Assembly (NCBI GenBank): GCA_963816185.1 | Contig: CAWFJJ010000030.1 | Span: 352,001 to 416,000, forward strand | Direction: 5' to 3' | Source: Thermoanaerobaculia bacterium | Lineage (GTDB): Bacteria; Acidobacteriota; Thermoanaerobaculia; UBA5066 | DNA length: 64,000 nt | Shown: in pieces, positions 49,950 to 58,800 of the stretch | How positions within the stretch are numbered: position 1 is the stretch's first letter | How the letters are laid out: every line of letters begins with the position of its first letter | Notes under the pieces: model-generated | Told to the model about the DNA's origin: nothing | The model's database searches: none | The model's input: only the letters and a program-made list of their open reading frames with translations | Program-made: the position numbers and the translations under genes

Positions 49950-51733
49950 TTCACCTCTCCCGTTCGTCTCGGCAGGGCGACCTGAAACATGGCCCCGGCG
50001 CCCGGACGACTTTCGACACCGATCCGCCCCCCGTGCGCCTCGACGATCTCGCGCGTGATCCACAGCCCGAGGCCCATCCCCGGGTAGGTCTCGCGCGAAA
50101 CGGCGCGCTCGAACCTTCCGAAGATCCGACGCTGGTCCGCGTCGTGGATTCCGATCCCGTGGTCCCTGACGAAAACGAAGGCCTCGTCTCCGACGGACGT
50201 CACGCGGACCTCGACCGGCTCGCCGGCGCCGAACTTCAACGCGTTCGTGAGGAGGTTCGAGAAAACCTGCTCCAGCCGGAGGCGATCCCAGAACCCGCTC
50301 ACGCTGCCCGGCGCGTCGACCACGAGTTTGCAACCGGCGCGCCGGGCGCTCTCCTCGAGCCGTTCCACGAGGTCGCGGGCGAGGAGCGCGAGATCCATCT
50401 CCTCGGGGTCGAGGTGCAGGCTGCCCGCCGAGATACGCGAAACGTCCAGCAGCTCGTCGGCGAGCCGGATGAGCCGGGCGACCTGCTTCTCGCAACGCGA
50501 CGCCAGGTCGACCGCCTTCTCGTTCCCGAGCGCCCGGACCTGCCGCGCGAGCTGGTAGACGATCAGGTTCAGGGCCGACAGCGGAGTCCGGATCTCGTGA
50601 CCGGCAACGGAGAGAAAGGCGTCGCGCGCCTTCACGGCGTCACGCGCCTCTTCGTAGAGGCGGTTGCGCTCGGTCTCCAGCCGCTTGAGCTCCGAGAGGT
50701 CCACGACGAAGGACGCGCGCACGGGGACGTGTCCGCCCAGGTCCACGTTCGTCGAGCCGAAAAGGACGGGGACGCGCGTCCCGTCGGTCCGCAGGAGCTC
50801 CTTCTGGTAGGGAGGGCAGGTGCCGGTCTCGCGCAGCGCCTTGTCACAGTTCTCGTCGAGCTCCTTGTACTCGGGCGCCGTGAAGCCGAAGAGTCGATGT
50901 TCGTGCGGCCTCCAGTTTTCGCGGTCGATCCCCACGATCGACAGAAACGCGCCGTTCGCGTCCGTGACGTGCCCGTCGTCCGAGAACAGGACGCCGATCA
51001 GGTTCGCGTCAATGAGGCGTCGGATGCGCGCCTCGCGTTCACGGATCGCCGCCTCGGCGCTGTTGCGCCGTGCGAGGTCGGCGCGGATGAGATACCAGAT
51101 GAGGATCAGGAAGCCGAACAGGAGGCCGCAGCCGATCCCGAGCGTCGTCAAGAGGGTCCGTGCCGTCTCGCTCGAGCGCCGGTCGCGGACCGCGAGAAGC
51201 GCTCGCTCTTCGGCCTTCATCTCGGTGATGAGCTGCCGAATCGCGTCCATCGACCTCTTCCCGACCCCGGTTTTCAGGTACGCGCGCGCCTCGTCTTCAT
51301 GGCCACGCTGCGCCATCTCGATCGTCCGGCTCATCTCGAGGAGCCGGTCTTCCGTCAGGTATCGAAGCTGCGAGGCGCGCGTCCGCTGCGCGGGGCTGTC
51401 GGCCGTGAGCGCGGCGATACGCTCGAGCCGCCGCGGAAGCTCGGAGACGGCGGCCCGGTAGGGGTCGAGGTACGAGTCCGAGCCCGTCAGGAGGAAACCC
51501 CTCTGGCTCGCCTCGCCGTCCTTGATGGCGGAGAACGCCCCCTCGAGCTCGCCGATGACGTCCTTGGTATGGTCCACGAGGCGGGCGTCCTCGATCAGAC
51601 GCGACGTGTTCACCCAGGTCACGGAAACGAGCAGCACGAGAGCCCCGAACGTCACGGCGATGGCGGCCGCGAGACGGGTGTCCATCCCGTGCGGCCGCCA
51701 CCGCGCGCCACTTCCTGTCGTTTCAACGCCCAT
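49946..51733 (-). CDS. CHASE3-PAS sensor histidine kinase
   Basis: Two TM flanking EASQRGFLLTG (CHASE3); PAS; GHEIRTPL, NLLTNALKF, DHGIG, GLGL. Confidence 0.92.
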   Translation of the reverse strand: MGVETTGSGARWRPHGMDTRLAAAIAVTFGALVLLVSVTWVNTSRLIEDARLVDHTKDVIGELEGAFSAIKDGEASQRGFLLTGSDSYLDPYRAAVSELPRRLERIAALTADSPAQRTRASQLRYLTEDRLLEMSRTIEMAQRGHEDEARAYLKTGVGKRSMDAIRQLITEMKAEERALLAVRDRRSSETARTLLTTLGIGCGLLFGFLILIWYLIRADLARRNSAEAAIREREARIRRLIDANLIGVLFSDDGHVTDANGAFLSIVGIDRENWRPHEHRLFGFTAPEYKELDENCDKALRETGTCPPYQKELLRTDGTRVPVLFGSTNVDLGGHVPVRASFVVDLSELKRLETERNRLYEEARDAVKARDAFLSVAGHEIRTPLSALNLIVYQLARQVRALGNEKAVDLASRCEKQVARLIRLADELLDVSRISAGSLHLDPEEMDLALLARDLVERLEESARRAGCKLVVDAPGSVSGFWDRLRLEQVFSNLLTNALKFGAGEPVEVRVTSVGDEAFVFVRDHGIGIHDADQRRIFGRFERAVSRETYPGMGLGLWITREIVEAHGGRIGVESRPGAGAMFQVALPRRTGEVK

Positions 51734-51743
51734 CGCAGAAATT

Positions 51744-52769
51744 TCAGGCCGCGGCGTAGCCGCCCTGGGGAACCGCTTTCGGCCCGCGCTCGGAGCGGAT
51801 CGTCCGACTGAACAGCGAGAGCTTGCGGTCGAAGACGAAGCGCAGCAGCAGTCGAGTCCACGAGCGGTGGGACGAGAGGGCGTCGTACACCTCGGGCACG
51901 GCGCGTCGAACGGCCGGCAGCCGGTTCCACGGAACGGACGGAAAGTCGTGGTGCTCGTTATGGTGGCCGACGTTGAGCGCGATGATGTTCAGCGGCCCGT
52001 AGTAGCTCGACGTCTCCTGCCCTTCGAACACGAGGTAGTGCTCCTGGATCCAGCGCGCTCCGAGCGGGTGCAGGCCGACGGAGAAGAAGAACGAAACTGC
52101 GAGGTAGAGGAAAGCCTTCGGCCCGAGCAGCGTCCACACGGCGACGTCGTAGGCGATTTGCGCGGCGACGTTCGCGAACACCCAGGGCCCGAGGAGAGGG
52201 ATCTCGCCGAGGCGCGGCGGGCGCGTGAGCTGAAAGATCGGAAAAAGGAGGAGCCAGAGCGCTTTTCTGAGCGCGGAGTGTCCGACGAGCCGCGCTTCCC
52301 AGCGGCTCGGGATGTCCGCGTCCAGCTCGTAGACGCCCTGAAACGCGTGGTGCTTCAGGTGGTACGTCTGGAACGAGATCGCGCTCGGCAGGACGTGCGG
52401 GAAATTCGCGACGATCGCGGCGATCCGGTTCCAGGGCGCGCGCCGGAACACGAGATTGTGAGAGCACTCGTGGATGAGCACCCAGAGGGTGTGATCCAGA
52501 AAAGCGCCGACGAGGAACGCGGCGGCGAGCGCGGCCCAGACCGGCACGCGAAACATGAGCCCCGCGAGAAAGGTTTGCAACAGGACGAGACCGATCACGA
52601 GAAGAGCGCTCCACGCATTTCGTCCGGCGAGCGACCGGATCTCCGCGTGCCGACGGAGAATCTCGCGGGCCCGGAGTGCGTGCGGCTCACGCTCGTTGGA
52701 GAAGAGGAAATCCTCTTGCTCGGGCGTCTGGGTCGCCGGGATGGTCGTCGGCTCCGGAAGGAATGTCAC
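51744..52769 (-). CDS. Membrane desaturase, sphingolipid delta-4 desaturase (DEGS1/DES1)-like
   Basis: DF..EPHALRAREIL N-terminus; His boxes HECSH, HLKHH, HNEHH; SYYGPLN..NVG..HDFP. Confidence 0.85.
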   Translation of the reverse strand: MTFLPEPTTIPATQTPEQEDFLFSNEREPHALRAREILRRHAEIRSLAGRNAWSALLVIGLVLLQTFLAGLMFRVPVWAALAAAFLVGAFLDHTLWVLIHECSHNLVFRRAPWNRIAAIVANFPHVLPSAISFQTYHLKHHAFQGVYELDADIPSRWEARLVGHSALRKALWLLLFPIFQLTRPPRLGEIPLLGPWVFANVAAQIAYDVAVWTLLGPKAFLYLAVSFFFSVGLHPLGARWIQEHYLVFEGQETSSYYGPLNIIALNVGHHNEHHDFPSVPWNRLPAVRRAVPEVYDALSSHRSWTRLLLRFVFDRKLSLFSRTIRSERGPKAVPQGGYAAA

Positions 52770-52846
52770 GAATCTCCAACGAGTATCGCCGATTCCCTTT
52801 CCGGATTGAAACTTTTCCAATCTCGAAGCGCTCCGGAGGCCGCGGC

Positions 52847-52885
52847 GCAATGTCGATGCCCGCCCGGACGTGGCGTAGAGCTTGC
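52847..52885. promoter_or_regulatory. Divergent sigma54 motifs (desaturase-kinase operon and glucan gene)
   Basis: Minus: GGGCATCGACATTGC (52861-52847); plus: TGGCGTAGAGCTTGC (52871-52885). Confidence 0.6.
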
Positions 52886-52899
52886 GACGGACCGAAGGG

Positions 52900-55800
52900 A
52901 TGCTTGGTGAGCGCCGGCGCGGTCCCTTGGGGGAATTTCTGCCTCTCGAACGCCTCGAGGAACGTGCCCGCGCGCTCGGCGCCGCTTGGACCGTGGCGCC
53001 TCGAGGCGGCGGACGTCACGTGCTCTCACGCCTCGACGAGAACCTTCCGGTGCTCCGCCGCGCGTACCGCGTCCTCGCCTCGGACGTGCGGGCGGGCGAA
53101 GCGGTCACGCCGGCCGTCGCGTGGCTCCTCGACAATTTCCACCTCCTCGAGGCGGAGGTACGGGGCGCCCGGCACGACCTTCCGCGTGCGTACAACCGCA
53201 AGCTTCCGCGTCTCGTCGGGGCGGAGCACGGAGGAGCGGCGCGCATCGAAGCGCTCGCGTGGGACATCGTGGCGCAGAGCGACGCCCGCCTGGACGCGAT
53301 TTGGCTCGAGCGGTTCCTCGCCGCGTTCCAGACGGTCACCCCCCTCACGCTCGCCGAGCTCTGGGCCTGGCCGAGCTTCCTGCGCGCCGCTCTCGTCGAC
53401 CATTTGCGCGTTCTCTCGGACGATCTCCTCGAGATCCGCGCCGAGAGACTCCGGGCGGACGCCCTCCTCGCGCGCGATCCATCCGCGCGCCCGCTCCTCC
53501 CCGACCCTCCGCCGCCGGCGTTCGCAACACGTGTCCTCCAGCGCGCGCGGGAGTATGGAGCGAGCGCCGGTGGGCTCGTCGCGGCCCTTGCCGATCGGCT
53601 CGGCGCGACCGGGCAGACCCTCGAGGACGCGGTCCGCGCGGAAAACCAGCGACAGGCGGCCCTGCAGGTGTCGATCGCGAACGCGGTTTCCGCGCTGAGG
53701 CTCTGCGAAACGCTCGACTGGGGCCAATTCGTGGAACGCGTGAGCCTGGTCGACGAGGCGCTCCGGTACGACCCGGGCGGCGTCTATGGCCGCATGGATT
53801 TTTCGACCCGGGATCGCTATCGACACGCGATCGAAAAGCTCGCGCCCCGGAGCGGGGAGGATCAGGTTCGCGTCGCCCGGCGGGCCGCGGCCCGCGCTCG
53901 GGAGGCGCCGCCCGAAGCAGGTCCCCGGGTGGCGCACGTCGGATGGTTTCTCGTCGGGCCGGGCCGCCCCGAGTTCGAGAAAGACGTCGGACAGCGGCGC
54001 GGACCGATCGCGCGGATCCGGCGATCTTTCTTCCGGCATGCGGCGCCTCTCTACCTCGGCTGCATCTTCGTCCTGACGGCGGCAGGCCTTGTGGCCGTCT
54101 CGGCCTACGCGCGCGCCGCCGGCGTCGCGCCCGGAGTCGAGATGTGGGCCTTCGCGCTCGCGGCTCTGCCCATCTCCGAGATCGCCGTGTTTCTCGTTCA
54201 GCGATTCGTCGACGCGCTGATCCCGCCCCGCCGCCTCCCCCGGCTCGACTTCTCGACCGGCGTACCCGAAAGCGCCCGGACGCTCGTCGTCTTCCCGACG
54301 CTGTTCGAAGGGGTGGCGGCCGTCGAGCCCATGCTTCGCCATCTCGAGGTCCAGGCGCTCGCCAATCCGGACCTCCACGTGCACTTCGCGCTCCTCTCCG
54401 ATTTCGCCGACGCGGTCGATGCGACCCGGCCGGACGACGACGCGATCCTCGCTGCGGCCTCGCGCGGGATCGCGGCGCTGAACGCCGCGCACGGAACGGA
54501 ACGCTTCTTTCTCTTCCATCGCGTGCGGCGCTGGAACGCGTCCGAGGGGCTGTGGATGGGCTGGGAGAGAAAGCGGGGGAAGCTCGAGGAGCTGAACCGA
54601 CTGCTGCGCGGAGCGACGGACACGAGCTTCGGCCTGCAGGTCGGAGATCTTTCGATCCTGCCTTCCGTGCGTTACGTCCTCACGCTGGACAGCGACACGC
54701 GCCTTCCGCGCGATACGGCGCGCACGCTCGTCGGCATCCTCGAGCATCCGCTGAACCGGCCACGTCTCGACCCCGCGATCCGGCGCGTAACCGAGGGCTA
54801 CGGGATCCTCCAGCCGCGCGTGAGCATCGCGACGACGAGCGCCGCGTCGTCCCGGTTCGCGCGCGTCTTCTCCGGCCACACCGGCGTCGACCCGTATACG
54901 ACCGCGGTCTCGGACACCTATCAGGATCTCTTCGGCGAAGGCGTGTTCGCCGGCAAAGGCCTCTACGACGTCGACGCCTTCCAGACGGCTCTCGAAGGCC
55001 GCGTGCCGGAGAACTCCCTCCTCTCGCACGACCTGTTCGAGGGTCTTTACGCACGCACCGCGCTCGTGACCGACGTCGAAGTCGTCGACGACTATCCGAG
55101 CAATGTCCTCGCGCACGCGCGGCGCCAGCACCGCTGGGTGCGGGGCGACTGGCAGATCCTGCGATGGCTGCTTCCGCTCGTCCCGACGCGGCTCGGGCTG
55201 GAGCGCAACCGCCTGCCGCTCATCGCGCAATGGAAGATCCTCGACAACCTCCGGCGAAGCCTCCTGCCGCCGGCGCTCCTCGCGCTCTTCGCCGCGGGCC
55301 TCACCCTCTTGCCAGGCAATCCTCTCGTGTGGGTGCTTCTCGCCTCCTCGGTGCTGGCGCTTCCGCTCGTCGGCGTCCTGCGTTCCCTCGCGGCGGGTCC
55401 CCGCCCGCAGCAGCCGTCGCTTTCCTTCGTGCGAGAGCTCTTCGGGGATCTCGAAACCGCAGCCGCCCAGACGCTCGTCGGCTTCGCGTTCCTCCCCCAC
55501 TACGCATTCGAGTCCGTTCACGCGATCGTCCTGACGCTCGTGCGCCTCGTCGTCACGGGGCGGCGGCTCCTCGAATGGGAGACCTTCGCGAAGGCTGCGG
55601 CGCGTGCCGCCGGCCTTCTCGCCGCCGGAGGGCCGCGCTCGTTCTTCGTCGAGATGGCCTCGAGCCCGCTCGCGGCGGCGCTGCTCGCGCTCCTCGTAGC
55701 CGCCATGAGGCCATCCGCTCTCCCCCTGGCCGCGCCCCTGCTCGTCTTGTGGGCTCTCAGTCCCATTCTCGCGTGGTGGCTCAGCCACGCGGCGCCGTTC

Positions 55801-58800
55801 GGGCGCGAGGCGCTCTCGGCCGGCGACCGGGACTTCCTCCTCAGCACGGCGCGGAAGACGTGGCGGTACTTCGAGGAGCTCGTGCAGGAGGACGCGAACG
55901 GCCTCGCTCCGGACAATCTCGCCGTATCGCGGGACGGGGGCTCTCCGCTGATCGCGCCGCGCACCTCCCCCACGAACATCGGCCTCGCGCTTCTCGCGGA
56001 CCTCGCCGCTCACGACTTCGGCTGGCTCGAGACGGACGCCCTCCTCGCGCGACTCGACCGGACGCTCCGCACCGTCGAGGGCCTCGAGCGCTGGAGAGGG
56101 CATCTTCTCAACTGGTACGACACGCGGACTCTCGAGCCGCACGAGCCGCGATACGTCTCGACGGTCGACAGCGGCAATTTCGCTGCGTGCCTCCTCGTGC
56201 TCGCCCAGGGGCTTCGCGAGATGCGGGCCGACGGCGATCTCTTGCGGGCGCAGGATCTCGCGCGGCGCGCCCGGTCTCTGGCCGACGTAATGGACTTTCG
56301 CCCGCTCTACGACGCCTCGCGCGGGCTTTTCGTGACCGGATGCCGCCCCGGCGTCCACGACACCGTGAAGCGCGACGAGACGTTCTACGACCTTCTCGCC
56401 TCGGAGGCGCGCCTCGCGAGCTTCCTGGCCATCGCCAAGGGCGACGTGCCTCAGAGCCACTGGTTCCGGCTCGGCAGACTCGCCGTGACCCTCCACGGGA
56501 TTCCGACGCTCCTGTCGTGGAGCGGCTCGATGTTCGAGTACCTCATGCCGCTCCTCTTCACGCGGACGTACCCGCAAACTCTTCTCGACGCGTCGTGCCG
56601 CATGGCGATCCGGCGCCAGGAGGAGTGGGGGCGCGCGCACGGCGTGCCGTGGGGAGCTTCCGAATCGGCATATCGCGTCACGGACCTCGTGGGCGAGCAC
56701 CAGTACCGGGCCTTCGGCGTCCCCGGCCTCGGCTTTCGCCGGGGCCTCGACGAAGACCTCGTCGTGGCGCCTTACGCGTCCGCTCTCGCCGCGCTTCTCG
56801 CGCCCGCCAAGGCGGTGAAGAACCTGCGCGCCTTCGCGGCGGCGGGAGCAGAAGGCCCATGGGGCTTCTGGGACGCGCTCGACTACACGGAGGGAGACGC
56901 GCCTGCCGAGCCGGACGCTCTCCCGCGCACCACGGATGGGCGCGGCGTCATCGTGCGCACGGCTTTCGCACACCACGAGGGAATGAGCCTCGTCGCGTTC
57001 GCGAATGTTCTCCTCGGCGACGTAATGGTGAGGCGCTTTCACGCGGATCCGCGGGTGCGCGCCACCGAGCTCCTCCTCCAGGAGCGCCCGCCCCGCGAAG
57101 CGCCGGTGCCTCAGCCGCGCCCCACGGAAGACGAAGTGCTTCCGCTGCCGGCGTCGCCGGCCGCGGCTCCGCGCCTTCTGCGCTCTCCGCACCAGCCTTT
57201 CCCGGTCACGCAGTACCTGTCCAACGGCACGCTCGTCTCGGCAATCACGCAGGCAGGTGGAGGTGCGAGCTTCTGGCGCGGTCTGTCGGTGGCCCGCCAC
57301 CGCGAGGACCCGACCTCGGATCCGGTCTCCAACGCTCTCTATCTCCGCGACGTGCGAAGCGGCGCCGTCTGGTCCGCCACGTTCGCGCCCACGCGGCGCG
57401 AGCCCGAGCTCTATCGGGCGACGTTCCTTCCCGAGCTCGCCTCGTTCCGGCGGCGCGACGCGGAGATCGAGTCGTTGCTCGAGGTCGCGGTGTCGCCAGA
57501 AGACGACGTCGAGGTCCGCCGCCTGACGCTCACGAACCTCAGCGACACGACACGCGAGATCGAGGCCACGAGCGCCGTCGAGATCGCGCTCGCCAAGCCG
57601 CAGGACGACGTCGCGCATCCCGCCTTCGGGAAGCTCTTCCTCGAGACCGAGGCGGTCCCCGCGGACGCGGCGCTTCTCTGCACCCGGCGCCCGCGGACGG
57701 CAGGCGAGAAGCCGCTCTTTGCGGTCCACGTCCTCGCGGCCGCGGCACGCGTGCAGGGGCCTCTCGAGTGGGAAACCGACCGTGTGCGCTTCTTCGGGCG
57801 AGGGCGCGACGCGTCGGACCCGGAGGCGATGGAGCGCCGGGCGCTCTCGGGAACGACCGGGACGGTGCTCGAGCCGATCCTCAGCCTGAGGCAGCGCGTG
57901 CGACTTGCGCCGGGCGCGATCGCGCGTTTGACGTTCACGACGGGCGTCGCGGACACGCGCGGGGCCGCGCTCGCCCTCGCGCAGAAGTATCACGACCCGT
58001 CCGCGGCGGTGCGCGCCTTCGCGCTCGCGCGGACTCACGCGCAGGTCGCGGTCCGGCATCTCGGGCTGACGCCGGAGGAGGCGCACCTCTTCGAAAGGCT
58101 CGCGTCGAGAGTCCTCGGCTCGGATCGCACGCTCGCCGCGCCTCCCGCCGTGCACGAGGCGAACACGCTCGACGTGTCGGCTCTCTGGCGCCGCGGGATC
58201 TCGGGCGACCTGCCCCTCCTCGCCGTGCGCATCGAGCGCGCCCAGGATCTCGCTTTGGCGCGACAGGCGCTCGAAGCACAGGAATACTGGCGGCTCAAAG
58301 GCCTCGTGGCGGACCTGATCCTGCTGAACGAGCACGAGGAGGGGTACCGCAAGGAGCTTCACGACCTTCTCACCCTTCTTGTCGAGCGCGGCCCCTGGGC
58401 TTCACGCGCCGGCAAGAGCGGCGGGGTCTTCCTCCTCAGAGCGGATCTCCTGAGCCCGGACGATCACCGCGCGCTCCTCGCATATGCGCGCGCGGTCCTC
58501 CGCGGGGAGGACGGCAGCCTCGCGATGCAGCTCGACCGCGCCGCGCCCTTTGTGCCGGAAGCGCCCCCGCCCCCCGCCGCCCGCCCGCGGGCCGTTCTGG
58601 AGGCAGAAAGGCCGCCGTCCGGGCTGAAGATGGCAAACGGCTTCGGGGGGTTCGGAGAGGGCGGCCGCACGTACGAGATCGTGCTCGAGGGAGCCCGCGA
58701 GACGCCTCTCCCCTGGACGAACGTTCTCGCGAACCCCCGCTTCGGCTCCCTCGTGACGGCCTCCGGCGCCGCGACGACCTGGTCCGAGAACAGCCGCGAG

